Source of the DNA: Podarcis vaucheri
Taxonomy: Eukaryota
NCBI GenBank assembly: GCA_965113315.1
Contig: OZ220370.1
Length of the DNA stretch: 64,000 nt
Direction: 5' to 3' (one strand)
A program made the position numbers and the translations under genes. This document shows positions 49,321 through 61,458 of the stretch, piece after piece. The notes below the pieces were generated by a model that was given only the letters and a program-made list of their open reading frames with translations, did no database searches and had not been told where the DNA came from. The first letter of the stretch is position 1, and every line of letters begins with the position of its first letter.

Positions 49321-52300
49321 ATGACGCTAAAATTATGGAATTGGAACATCAATGGAATGAACGATAAGAAGAAACGAAACGGAATTGAACATATTTTGAA
49401 AAAGAAAAAGTTGGACATCATATGCTTGCAAGAAACGCACGTGGCAAGAAAGCATAGGAAAATTCTGATTAATAAAAGACTAGGGAACGAATTTATATCT
49501 TCGGATAAAGAGAAAAAAAGAGGCGTTGTTCTATATATTCAAAACAAAATCGAATCACACCAATTATTTAAAGATGAAGAAGGGAGAATCATTGCGGTCC
49601 AAATTAATTGGCAAGGGGAAAAACTAATAATTGTTGGGATCTACGCACCAAATGGGAACAAGACAGAATTTTTTAGATCGCTCGAAGAGAAGTTATTTGA
49701 GTATATAGACCAAAAAATTATACTAATGGGAGATATGAATGGTGTGACTTCAATAGAAATGGATAGATTAAGAAAAACGATGAATAAAGAAGGGAAACTA
49801 CCCAAAACTTTCTTTATGATGACGAAGAACTGTAATCTGGTAGATATGTGGAGGCTCAGACACCCATTGGAGAAGCAGTTTACCCATCACTCAGAACCAA
49901 ATCAATCTTTTTCAAGAATAGATCAAATATGGGTCTCGAACGAGTTAACCCCAAGAATACAAAGAATTGAAATACAAGCGAGGGTGATCTCCGACCACAA
50001 TCCAATAGTAATGGAGTTAAAAAGTTTGGAAGAACGATCTTTTAGGTGGAGACTAAACGACAATTTATGGAATGACCAAAAGTTTGTTGAAAAAGTACAA
50101 AGAAACCTAACTGAATTCTTTATGAATAATATGGATAAAGGGACAAAAACGAGTGTGGTGTGGGACGCGAGTAAGGCAGTGATGAGGGGCCTCTGCATCC
50201 AACAGAATGTATGGAAAAGGAACAACAAAGAAAGAGCGACAAAAGAGATTCTGAGACAGATTATGAACAATGAACAAAAGTTGATTAAAAAACCCAACAA
50301 CGTGAAGATAAAACAGGAAATAAAGATTCTCCAAACCCAATTTGCAATGTTAGTTAATAAAGAGGTTGAATGGAACGTGAAAAGATTAAGACAGATAAAC
50401 TTCGAGTTCGCCAATAAATCAGGAAGATGGCTCGCCTGGCAGGTTAAGAAAAAAAAAGAACAAAACACAATTCTTAAAATTGAGTTGAATGGAGAAGAAA
50501 CATCAGAACCGAAGGAAATTAGGAGAGCATTTACGGACTTTTATAAGCAACTATACAGAAATAAAGATAGAAATAACAAAAGAAAAATAGAAAGATACTT
50601 GAAAGAAAAAATGGTAAGGAAGATCCCGGTAGATCAAAAAGAACAGCTGAATGCACCAATATGCAAGGAAGAGGTAGAAGAAGTTATAAAAGAGTTAAAA
50701 AGAGGGAAAGCACCAGGACCGGACGGATTCACTTGCAGCTACTACAAAGAAATGAAAGACATATTAATGGTTCCGTTGATTAAAGTAATGAACAACATCT
50801 TAAAAGAAAAAGATATCCCTGGAACATGGAAAGACGCATTTATTACAATAATACCAAAACAAGATTCGGACCTCACACAAGTCAAGAACTATAGACCCAT
50901 CTCGTTATTAAATATAGACTATAAGATTTTCGCAGGAATTCTAGCCAAGAGATTAAAAAAGATACTAGTAAAGATCATACATAAAGATCAAGAAGGCTTT
51001 CTACCCGGCAGACAAATAAGAAATAATATAAGAAGCATAGTGAACATTATTGAATACCTATCTGATAGATGCGATAAACCAGCAAGTCTAATATTCGTAG
51101 ATGCGGAGAAAGCCTTCGATAATGTGGTTTGGGAATTTATGTTGAAGAACTTGGAGCTTATGGAGGTGGGTCAAGACTTTTTTAACGGCATTGAAGCAAT
51201 ATATACGGACCAGAAGGCAAGATTGATAGTAAACAACTCTATCACAGAAGAAATAAAGATATGTAAAGGTACAAGGCAGGGCTGCCCACTTTCGCCTCTA
51301 CTATTCATTGTAGTTTTGGAAGTCCTTCTAAATGCAATTAGACAAAATAGCCAAATTAAAGGGGTGACACTAGGAGGAAATGAATACAAAATCAAGGCCT
51401 TCGCGGACGACGTGGTTTTGACGGTGGAAGAACCCATAGAAAGTATAAAAGAGATATTAGAGGAGATGGAACAATTCGGAAAAATGGCAGGATTTAGGCT
51501 GAATAAGAAAAAGACTAAAATGATAGTAAAAAATATGGATGGCGATAAAATCAAATTATTACAACAAAGAATGGAAATTGAGGTTGTGAAAAAGATTAAA
51601 TACTTAGGAATATGGCTTTCCGATAGGAACATAGATTTATATCAACTTAACTATATCCCAGTATGGAAAGGCATAAAAAGAGATTTAGAGAGTTGGACCA
51701 GAATGAAATTATCATTCTGGGGAAGAATATCGATGGTAAAAATGATGGTTCTTCCTAAGTTGCTATTCCTATTCCAAACTATACCTATAATTAAAGACAC
51801 AAAAATATTTAAAGAGTGGCAAAAGGCGATTTCAAGATATGTATGGGAAGGGAAGAAGCCCAGGATTAAATTTAAATTACTAACAGACACAAAAGAAAGA
51901 GGTGGCTTCGCCCTACCAGACATGAAACTTTATTATGAGGCAGCGTGTCTGTGCTGGATTAAAGAATGGGTAAAGTTGGAGAATAAGGAATTATTAGATC
52001 TTGAAGGGTTCAACAACAAAGCCGGGTGGCATATGTATTTGTGGAGTGACAAAAAGAAGGCAGATAAAGGATTTACGAATCATATTTTCAGAGGTGCTCT
52101 AATAGAGGTATGGAACAGATACAAAAACATATTGGAACCAAAAATCCCGCACTGGTTATCCCCGTTAGAAATGATGTCTGTAAAAAAAGTTAATATGAGA
52201 GGGAAATGGGGAAACTATGGAGAAATGGTTACCAAGGAAGGAGGGAAGTGGAAATTAAAACCCTATGATCAAGTTAAGGAGTTAACACACGATTGGCTGC

Positions 52301-53082
52301 ATTACTTTCAGATAAACGAAATGTTTAAAAAGGAGTTGAAGGAAAGAAATTACGTAGAAAAAGAGTCAACTTACCAAAAAGAGATAATAGATAACGAACA
52401 TAAAATCCTGTCAAAAATGTATAAAATACTACTGGAGTGGCATATGAAGGATGAGGAAGTGAAAGTGGTGATGGTACAATGGGCAAGGGATCTAGGCTAT
52501 AACATTCAACTAGAGGATTGGGAAAGGTTGTGGAAAGAGAACATTAAATTTACGGCTTGCATTTCATTGAGGGAAAACATGATGAAAATGCTCTACAGAT
52601 GGTACCTGTCACCTGCCAAATTGGCAAAGATCTATAAGGTGGACAACAAGTGCTGGAAATGTAGATATAAAGAAGGGACTTTCTTCCATCAGTGGTGGGA
52701 GTGTAAGAAAGTTAAAAGCTTTTGGGAAGAGATATATAACGAGATGAAAAAGATGTTAAAATATACTTTCGTGAAAAAACCAGAAGCATTTCTATTAGGT
52801 ATCGTAGGGAAGGATGTCAAAAGAAAGGACTGTAGACTTTTCCAGTACGCGGTGACAGCTGCCAGAATTGTGTTAGCCCAGAAGTGGAAGCAGGAAGGAG
52901 TTCCAACGGTGGAAGAGTGGAGAACAAAACTGATAGAATATGCTGAATTGGATAAATTGACAGGGAAAATCAGATATACTAAGGACCAGAAATTTATAAA
53001 GGACTGGGAGAAATTTGTGTGTTATTTGGAAAATAATTATGGGGCAAAAATAACGCTAGTGGGATTTAAAGAGGCTTTGTAA
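49321..53082 (+). CDS. ORF2: L1 ORF2p (APE endonuclease, reverse transcriptase, CCHC domain), 1253 aa
   Basis: EN motifs WNINGMN, LQETH, YAPN, GDMN, SRID and SDH. RT motifs KAPGPDGF, NYRPISLLN, DAEKAFD, GTRQGCPLSP, FADD and KYLG. C-terminal CWKC...HQWWEC. No stops. Confidence 0.98.
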   Translation: MTLKLWNWNINGMNDKKKRNGIEHILKKKKLDIICLQETHVARKHRKILINKRLGNEFISSDKEKKRGVVLYIQNKIESHQLFKDEEGRIIAVQINWQGEKLIIVGIYAPNGNKTEFFRSLEEKLFEYIDQKIILMGDMNGVTSIEMDRLRKTMNKEGKLPKTFFMMTKNCNLVDMWRLRHPLEKQFTHHSEPNQSFSRIDQIWVSNELTPRIQRIEIQARVISDHNPIVMELKSLEERSFRWRLNDNLWNDQKFVEKVQRNLTEFFMNNMDKGTKTSVVWDASKAVMRGLCIQQNVWKRNNKERATKEILRQIMNNEQKLIKKPNNVKIKQEIKILQTQFAMLVNKEVEWNVKRLRQINFEFANKSGRWLAWQVKKKKEQNTILKIELNGEETSEPKEIRRAFTDFYKQLYRNKDRNNKRKIERYLKEKMVRKIPVDQKEQLNAPICKEEVEEVIKELKRGKAPGPDGFTCSYYKEMKDILMVPLIKVMNNILKEKDIPGTWKDAFITIIPKQDSDLTQVKNYRPISLLNIDYKIFAGILAKRLKKILVKIIHKDQEGFLPGRQIRNNIRSIVNIIEYLSDRCDKPASLIFVDAEKAFDNVVWEFMLKNLELMEVGQDFFNGIEAIYTDQKARLIVNNSITEEIKICKGTRQGCPLSPLLFIVVLEVLLNAIRQNSQIKGVTLGGNEYKIKAFADDVVLTVEEPIESIKEILEEMEQFGKMAGFRLNKKKTKMIVKNMDGDKIKLLQQRMEIEVVKKIKYLGIWLSDRNIDLYQLNYIPVWKGIKRDLESWTRMKLSFWGRISMVKMMVLPKLLFLFQTIPIIKDTKIFKEWQKAISRYVWEGKKPRIKFKLLTDTKERGGFALPDMKLYYEAACLCWIKEWVKLENKELLDLEGFNNKAGWHMYLWSDKKKADKGFTNHIFRGALIEVWNRYKNILEPKIPHWLSPLEMMSVKKVNMRGKWGNYGEMVTKEGGKWKLKPYDQVKELTHDWLHYFQINEMFKKELKERNYVEKESTYQKEIIDNEHKILSKMYKILLEWHMKDEEVKVVMVQWARDLGYNIQLEDWERLWKENIKFTACISLRENMMKMLYRWYLSPAKLAKIYKVDNKCWKCRYKEGTFFHQWWECKKVKSFWEEIYNEMKKMLKYTFVKKPEAFLLGIVGKDVKRKDCRLFQYAVTAARIVLAQKWKQEGVPTVEEWRTKLIEYAELDKLTGKIRYTKDQKFIKDWEKFVCYLENNYGAKITLVGFKEAL

Positions 53083-53323
53083 AATATCAATAAATATTGT
53101 TTAGTAGAGATTAGGAGGAAGGATGGAATAACTGGCAATAGGAACAAAAAAGATGGAATGTGTATTAAAAGGTTAACTATGAATGATGTCAGCAACGCTG
53201 ATGGAAGTCCAAAAGGAAAATGATTTGTTGTACATATGGTTTTACTTTTATTGTTATTTTTTCTTTTTTTCTGTATATGATATTTTCTTTTTTTGAAACT
53301 CTAATAAAAATTATAAAAAAAAA

Positions 53324-53945
53324 AAAAGTCAGTGGTGGACAAGTGCTGATATACAGTTCATTTGGGACTAATTTAATACTGCCATTAAATTTTATTTTGC
53401 ATTGTTGTCCAACAGAGATTATCTCTGATGCTGATTGGTATCTAATGATGCTGGCATAAATCACCTTGGCTTTATCCTTTGGTAAATTAGGTATCTGAAA
53501 CTCCAAACAACTATAAGAGAATTGTGGAGGGTTGTGTGTGTGAGAAAGAAAGAGAATTGAATTACTGTTCACAAGGTATAATCTGGGAAGTGGAACACAT
53601 TTGCATATTTTGCAGAATTGTGGAACAAAAAAACTTCAACACAGTAGAGATATAGGAAAATCTAGTTTGAAGTTTTTGGGAGAGAAAGGGCTATATTTTC
53701 ACTATGTTGTACATTGATAAGTGACATAAGTTGATGGCAGAATTAATATTGGTAGTGCTGGAGAAGGAAGACTTAAAGATAAAATAAAGGCTAAATACCT
53801 TATCAACAGGATAGATAGTGGATCTGAGAAGAGGATGGCTTGGAATGAAGATTTAAATTTGAACACATTGGGTTTGAGTTGCCAATCAACTAGCCAAGTA
53901 GACTTAATTACTGGAACTGGAAATGCAGCATTGGGTGTAGGGGTA
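53324..53945 (+). repeat. Remainder of the second copy of the 638-bp duplication (starts with the 3' TSD)
   Basis: Identical by eye to 46128-46749. Confidence 0.95.
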
Positions 53946-54230
53946 GAATTCTACAGTAGAGCACTGTCATTGGCTGGCACTGCAATCTGCAGTGTAGGAT
54001 ACGATGAGGTCATCTAGAAACAAAGTATAAATAGAGAATAGCAGGTGGCTGGGAACAGATCCCTGAGGGATCCCAGTGCAGAAGGGAAAGCAGAGGAAGA
54101 GCTTTCTTTTGTGAAATTGACAGGAAGGGAAACAAATCAGCTGAGGACAAAGTCACACAAATGTAAGATGGCATATGTCAGGCTTGAAGAGTGCACCATT
54201 GCTATTCTCCCATGACTGCATGTTATGGGA
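53700..54230 (-). mobile_element. Ancient L2-type LINE remnant (RT region)
   Basis: Minus strand at 54074-54021 translates GIPQGSVPSHLLFSIYTL, an RT motif. Extent approximate and probably runs into the duplicated segment. Confidence 0.6.
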
Positions 54231-54315
54231 GAAGATTTGTTTTGGTAGGAAAGTTGTGTTTCAGAAAAGTTGGCCCACTACTAATCTTCTTCTCATTTAG
54301 GGTCTCCTTATAAGT

Positions 54316-54690
54316 GGCGCTGTGGTCTAAACCACTGATCCTCTTGGGCTTGCCAATCAGAAGGTCAGCAGTTTGAATCCATGCAATGGGGGTAAGCTCC
54401 CATTGCTTTTTCCCAGCTTCTCCCAGCCTAACAGTTCAAAAGCACACTAGCGCAAGTAGATAAATAGATACCGCTGTGGTGGGAAGGTAAACGGCGTTTC
54501 TGTGCACTCTGGTTTCCGTCTCCGTGTTCCATTGCACCAGGAGCGGTTTAGTCATGCTGGCCACATGACCCAGAAAGCTGTCTGTGGACAAACACCAGCT
54601 CCCTCGGCCTGAAAGTGAGATGAGCACCGCAACCCCATAGTCGCCTTTGACTGGGCTTAATGGTCCAAGGGTCCTTTACCTTTACCTTTA
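54316..54690 (+). mobile_element. Sauria SINE, slightly 5'-truncated
   Basis: Homologous to 45377-45712. (ACCTTT)n tail. 10-bp TSD ccttataagt (54306-54315 and 54691-54700). Confidence 0.92.
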
Positions 54691-56403
54691 CCTTATAAGT
54701 ATCCAAGGAATGACAGATTCCCCTTTAACCCAGTTTGAAAACCATTCTTCCAGGGGAATCCTAAGTAAAGCAGAATTGGTGTTGTAGGTTGCTTTTCAAA
54801 ATAGTAAAAAAAAAGTGCATATCAAAGGAAAATATTTAGTTTTTCATAACTGAAGTAGACACGATGCATATGTCTCGGTGCTCATTGAAATTCTGGCTCT
54901 CAGGTGGCAGACAACAGAAGTAGAAAGAGGGAACAAAACTGCCCGTAGAGATAATCTGCATAAATTAAATGCAAAATGTCGACATATAATTAAATTACAA
55001 TGGATTTTATAATAATAATACTTGTTGGACTTTAATAATAATACTTAGCATTGAATCAGCACGTTGAACACTCTAAAGTGCTTCACATACATTTTGCTCT
55101 AGTTTGCTCCAAGTCCTATTTACACAGTTGTACAAACAGGCAAATGTACATGATGGCAGATCCACAGATGCGTTCTCTGTTTGCTTAGTAAACAAAAATT
55201 ACAAAATGTAATATAATTTGTTAAGAAAACAAGGGGCTTCTATACATGCCAGCCATCTTACAACTTTCAGTTATCAGCAAATAAAAAAAAACCTTGTTTC
55301 ATTTGACATTTCTCTCCAACAACTGAAAAGACAAAATTCCATGAATGTCAAAAACGTTTCTTTGAACCTTTGTATAATATAAAAAATGACAGAACATTTA
55401 ACAGTATAGTGTCAGGGGAAATCCAAACCCCTCAATTTTCTATATTAGATAACCCTTATAAGGTCAGTAGTGTAACATTTCTAATATATTAATGTCATAA
55501 ATATGTTAATGGAAATTATAGAACATCAAACAATGTAGAATTTGAGGAAATGCACACTCCCACATTGCCTGCTATCATATAGTGCCAGGCTGACAATCTA
55601 TTATATAGTGAAATAAAAAGCTAAGGACAATATGTTCTTATGCAGGTCCTGCTGAACATTTCTTCCAAAAAGTTAACTGCCAAGTTTTCAATTGAGTTAA
55701 TTGAGAAATGCAATTGCATCATTCAGATCTATGTATATATAAAAGCACCATGCCAGCAAATGACAACCACCCAACTACATCGATTCTAGTCTGCTACGTA
55801 TCAGCCATAAGTTCAGTATGAAATCCAGTTCCTCTGGCATTCCTGTATTAAGATTTGAAGACACTGATTGGGAGCCAGTTGTGTGTCACAGCGACATTCA
55901 GCACTGATGGGGAAAATGTATTCTCATAAGCAAATATTTCTGATGCAAGACTATTTTATTATCTCAAGCAGAACTGATACAGTAATGATGAACGCTAAAC
56001 ACTTTCAAATGCATGGGTATTGTGTCCCTCTGAACAGAATGGATTCACTAGCATAAAACAAATTTATGTTCTGTTTTTATTAGAAGTAGAACCCCTACTT
56101 CTAATCTCATCATTGCTGTGAATTTTCTAGGTTGCCTTATGCAATCCACTTTCCCTGAACCTCAGCAGCCCCTCGTCACTGGTTACTTGGAGTAGAGCAG
56201 CAAGAATCCAGGGTCAGCTGACTGAAGCTGGATACCATGAATGACTGGAGTCAAGTTCCCTTTCTTCGCAACCTGACTACATGTCCTACTTTGCCTGCTC
56301 TTAGAAACTTCTCATTCTACATTGTTCTGCATGGATATGATTTATCTAAATTAATATAAAAGCTGGCTTCAGTCACAGAAATTTAGATGCCTCTATTCTC
56401 ATT

Positions 56404-56456
56404 GGGATGCGGGTGGCGTGGGTGGCGCTGTGGGTTAAACCACAGAGCCTAGGACT
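56404..56456 (+). mobile_element. Sauria SINE head fragment
   Basis: gggatgcgggtggcgtgggtggcgctgtgggttaaaccacagagcctaggact matches the head of 45377 and then stops. Confidence 0.8.
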
Positions 56457-59400
56457 CTTAAGAATAAGAAACTCCTGGAACAAATTGGCCTCCAGTAGAA
56501 AAACAATCCAGTCAGATATTTGGGGATATGACAACATTCTGAAAACAGATAATAAAAGAATATAACTGTAATAAAATGACAACAGAAATAAAAATTTGGG
56601 AAACTGGAAGACATTCTCTCTATCCATGATAGGCAGGTTAGTAACTATTCTCCCCCGCCCCCCCCCCAAAAAAATTACTTAACACACTCCCGTTAGAAAT
56701 CAAACACTGCAAAGTAACAAAACTGCAATAAAAAATAGCAAAAGGTACTTGGGGGATTTCTGCGGTACAAGCCAAAAACACAAATTCTGGATCCCAAACT
56801 TACCTCACTCACCAAATCTGTACTGGAAATTTGAAATGAGCTTCGAAAACTAGCACCAGCTACATCCCTATTGACCTCCATAATGTCCAAATGAATTTAT
56901 AGGTAATCAGTTATATCCTACCGTAAACTCATCAATTTGGGCCTAGCAAAACATGTTATATCTTGTTAAATGGTGCAGAGATGGATATGTAATTTTGTAT
57001 GATCAAGCCTTAGAAGCTCTAAATCAAATAAGACCCCCGATGTTCCACTTCTTTCAATTTAGACTCTTAGTGGAACAAATGACTAAATATGGATTATTAT
57101 GTCAATATTCAGTTTGTGAAGATCTTTTACTTAGCACCAGCTAAAAAAAAAACCCAATTAGCAAAATGTATCTCTTACTCACTGGCATTGCATACACTCA
57201 GTTACAGCCTACATATAAAACCAAATGGGAGAAAGACTTGGCAAATCACAGTCCTGCTATCTCACAAGAAGAATGGTCCTAGCTATTTAAATCAGTTTTG
57301 AGAACACAAGTACTGTTCTGAAAGGTTTTTCTTTTCTTTTCAAATCCATGTATCAATGGTACTTACCTCCTAATAAACTATATAAGAAATATTAACTGAA
57401 TCTGTTTTACTGGAGATGCAGGAAATCAACAGCACATTATATCCATAACCTACATTTTCTGGAAATGCATATGAATAAGATTATTATTATTTTTTGTCCT
57501 TGCCATCACAACATAGAAAGGGCCATGGTGCAATTATGCTGCCTTTGTTCTGGTTAGGAATCAATTGGCAGAGCTTTACTTAGATAATTTGGAGCTGTGA
57601 AAGATGTGGATTTATTTATTTTTTAATGGCAATGTTCATGACTACACAGAAGTTCAGAAATCTGTTCAGACACTAAAACAAGCCTTGAGCTGACATTCAA
57701 TGATCTGTGTGTCTCTTTTTCTTTTTCTATGTTCTTACTACTTTTCTCTGTGGAACGCTCCTAATCTTTCCTGGTATTTTACACATCCCATGACTAGTCT
57801 ATATGTTTCAGTGTTATTAGATGCACTGGTGTGCATTTGCAGCAGTGGCAGAAGTGGCACATGTCCTCATAGTTCTTCAGTTTGTCTGTTGGACCAGTCA
57901 AGGGCTGTCAACCCCAGAACCATTATTTTTAATAGCTCACTGTAAAAACCCAGCTAAGCAATTTTCTGACGGGAAATGAGCACTTGTTACTGATTCAGGA
58001 ACTTGTCCTTTCTTCCTTCCTCCAGCCCTGAAGCAAGATACAATTTGTGCTTGGGTGTGCTTCCTCTCCCACACGGCTTTATAACATCCAAAGCCACACT
58101 TGTAATTTTGTCTGCATCCTACCTCATGGGCAACTTTTCCAAGACTACTACAGAGATGGGGAAAGAGTGTATCGGGATTGTTGTTTTGTCAGTGAGAGTT
58201 TTCAGGTCTGGCAAGTGGCTTGGAGCCTTTGTCACAATGAATATATAAAAATATTCCTTGCGGGAATTTCTCATCTTCTGTCCTTTGACTTCTGTATCAT
58301 GAGATATATATGAGAACTTGAAGCTGGAGCTTTGCATTTGAAGAAGCACGAATCATCCTAGTGGCAAGAAAAAAAAGGCATGTAGGCCAAGTCTAAAATT
58401 AGCATCCTGTTCAAGCAGATCATCCACTACTCCACTATCTTGAAAGGAGTGTTCATCTTAAGATTCAAGCAGGTTTAATAGCATGACAGACAGTTTTCAG
58501 TGTTGTTGTGGACAAAAGAATAGTGGAACTCCAGAACTGTAAAGTTGTATAAACATACTGTAGTATGCATAGCTTTTGTAACCAGGAGTTGCATTCAATG
58601 TAGCACTAAGCAGCTTGTTCTATGAGAGCAAGGATTTCTCCTTGCTCAGTGGAATTATCTCCCCCTCTCCTCCCTCCATGTGCCCCCTAAAACTGTCCAG
58701 GGGTTTCCCCCCAACCTTCAGGGCAGATCTGGGTGTTGGTTTCTGCTTTCTTCACTGTGCAGCGAAGTGCTTGTCACGGGACAATGTTTTGCATTCCACA
58801 GTCAGAGTACTGTTGGGTTTTCCCACGGGAATGGGAGACTGGATGTGACGTACACTGGTTTCCTGTTTTTCACTCCTCTCTTGGGTGTTTATTGTTCCGA
58901 GGAGAAAGAGGTTGCTTCTCTGCTCCCGCAGAGGCAAGATGCATGTTTGTAATCTCTCAACATTGAAGTGAAAATAAAGCAAAGTTAAGCATGTGGCACG
59001 TACTGCTCATCCTTCCACTGTGTACAGGACTCTGCAAATACAACACTGGGGAGTGTGTGGAGTGTGTGCATGGGTAAGGATAAGGGTCATCCCCCTGCGC
59101 TAGTGCTGTATGCCTCTTACCCAGCCTGCCCCACCTCCTACACTATACCTCCCCCTACCCTGATCCACTATGATTGGGCTGCCCTGCTCTCCCCAGCTCC
59201 TCTCTTTTAAACAGTTGGGGCAATAAAACCAAGAACCAAGCCCCCAACACATGATGCTCTGTTGATATTTCTTCAAACAATTTGCTGTTGTTCTAACATA
59301 GGAGTGGAGAATACTCAAAAAACAAAATAAAACCAGCCCACCTAGACTAGGTGTCCAGCGTTGTATTAACCTTCCCACCTCTTTCTCCTGAATGCATTCC

Positions 59401-61206
59401 CATAGATAAGGCTTACCCAGCCTGGTGCCCTCAAATATTGTGGGACTCTGATCATCCCAGTGTCCATGCTGACTGAGGTTGTTGGAAGTTGTAGTGCGAA
59501 ACAGTAGCTTATGCAGCTGCCATAAGGCAATTGGTGTTAGATGACATTTTGTAGGAGGAGACATTCCAACCAGAGCAGGTTTCTGGTTGGGTTTTTGTCT
59601 GCATGTCTCTCTCTTTCTTAGCTGCTGGGAATACAAAAACTTCAGATCATTCCAATAGACAAATTGATAATGCTTAAAAATCACTAAACAGAGGACATAA
59701 ATAACAGACCAAAAGAACAAAGAACACAGTGAACATCACAGGAGACAACTTGTATATTTATATCAGCTATACAATATGAAATGAATTTCATTCTGGGAGC
59801 AAAAAAGCACAAAGGGGAAACAGAAAATTGATGTAATATAAACAGCTATACCTTTGTGACTAGTGGTTGCCCAGGCAATGTGAGGCTCTTGCAGTACAGT
59901 TTGAAAGTAGCAGTGTGGAAATGCAGCTTTTTAAAATACCATTCATAGATGATGCTGGCAATTGTCAAGCCAATTACTATTCAAACTGAGGGGAGTTCCG
60001 TTCACACCATGGACCTTTGGGACACATTCTCTGGCAGCTACTTTGCTTATACCTCTGAAACGCCCCTGCCTCATCAGCCTTGCTGCTTCCTAGAACCTTG
60101 TACAGGATAAAGCCTAAGCTCTGGTGTGCAAACAAATGTGAATGTGTAGTCAAAACTTCTCACATTTGTTTGCATTAAGACATCCCCAAAAGCTGTTTGG
60201 AATTACCCTTGCTGAAAGTTAATTCTTATTGAGATTGTCATTCTTTCATATTCTTTTCCTGCTATTAAACTCCCATCTTCATTAAAGATCTTCAGCTTTC
60301 CCCAATTAATGTTGCCTTTTTAGCAAATTGTGTAGTACCATATATTGTAGTCTGTTGAATAGCCTCTGATTTACAGCCCCTGGTATATTCAAACAAAAGT
60401 ATGCAGTTATTCTTTTATCTTAATAATGGTTATTGAAAAACATTGTCTTGCTCTCATAAAAATGTAATATTTTTACTGCATTTCACTTATTGGACTGTGT
60501 GTGTGTGTGTGCACGCGCGCATGCATACATTAGTGGTTACTTTTATACTAAGCAAAATGCAATTTCACTTTGGGTGAATTTTTGTTAATTGCTTTGAGAG
60601 AAGTAAAATAATGTGGCTTTCTCACATCAGCATCTAGGCATGTATGGATAGGATCCACTAGATCCACAGAGAATCCCACAAAAGGAGGCTGGCAGAAGCT
60701 GATTCCCATTCACAGAAGGTGCCTCTAGCTTTTTCTTGGGGGGTCTCACTTTTCACTCAGTCCACTGAACAACAGCTCACCCCATTGAATAGTGCCCCCA
60801 GTCTTTTGGGGGTTGGATTTTCAGGTGTTGTGGGGCATCTAGGAGAAGGAAGATCGACTTCCGCCAGCCCTCTTCTATGGCCTTTTCGGTGGCTCCAAGC
60901 CAGTATCTTTTGCAGAGCAGAATTCTGAAGCTTTCGTATGAGATTTCACTAGAAATTGTTGTTTATTTCCCTCCAGTTTAAATGTAGAGGGTTTGTGTTA
61001 ACTTTTTTTGCAAGGTTGCTATATCTACTAGTGATGTGAAATTGTATAATTTATCTCAAAAACTACTAATGTTCAAATATTACTGGGTTGTATACAATCC
61101 TAGGCAGACAGAAGTCTACTAATGCAAGGGAGAACACAGGCTTCTTTGAACTCCTGGAATATCATGGACTCTCTGTCCTTGATCATGAAATAAACCACAA
61201 CTTATA

Positions 61207-61458
61207 CAGTGGTACCTCTGGATGCGAACGGGATCCGTTCCGAAGCCCTGTTCATATCCTGGGTAGAACACAACCCGCGTCTGCGCGTGCATGGGTCGCA
61301 ATTCGCCGGTTCTGCACACGTGTGTGACATCATTTTGAACGTCTGTGCATGCGCGAGTGGCATAACCTGGAAGTAACCCGTTCCATTAGTTCTGGGTCAC
61401 CGCGGGACGCAACCTGAAAAGATTTAACCCGAAGTGACTTTAACCCGAGGTATGACTG
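61207..61458. mobile_element. Tc1/mariner-type MITE (CAGTGG family)
   Basis: Ends cagtggtacctctggatgc / taacccgaggtatgactg with TA on both sides. Colinear with 26979-27239. Confidence 0.82.

Larger units (their letters stand above)
46784..53323 (+). mobile_element. Full-length intact L1-clade LINE (about 6.54 kb)
   Basis: 18-bp TSD aaaagtcagtggtggaca (46766-46783 and 53324-53341) at a T/AAAA site. CpG-rich 5' end starting gacttccgg. Two open ORFs, AATAAA at 53303 and a poly(A) tail. Confidence 0.97.

Noticed and set aside
48220-51923. Long antisense ORFs over L1 (236, 181, 153 and 90 aa)
   Set aside because: F/L/I/S-rich shadows of the A-rich L1 sense strand with no independent domain evidence.
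57840-58350. Cluster of short overlapping ORFs, possible decayed pseudogene
   Set aside because: No frame yields a motif I can recognise. A translated search would be needed.
59100-59720. 206-aa minus-strand ORF
   Set aside because: Non-ATG start, no recognisable domain, and it crosses an old hairpin repeat.
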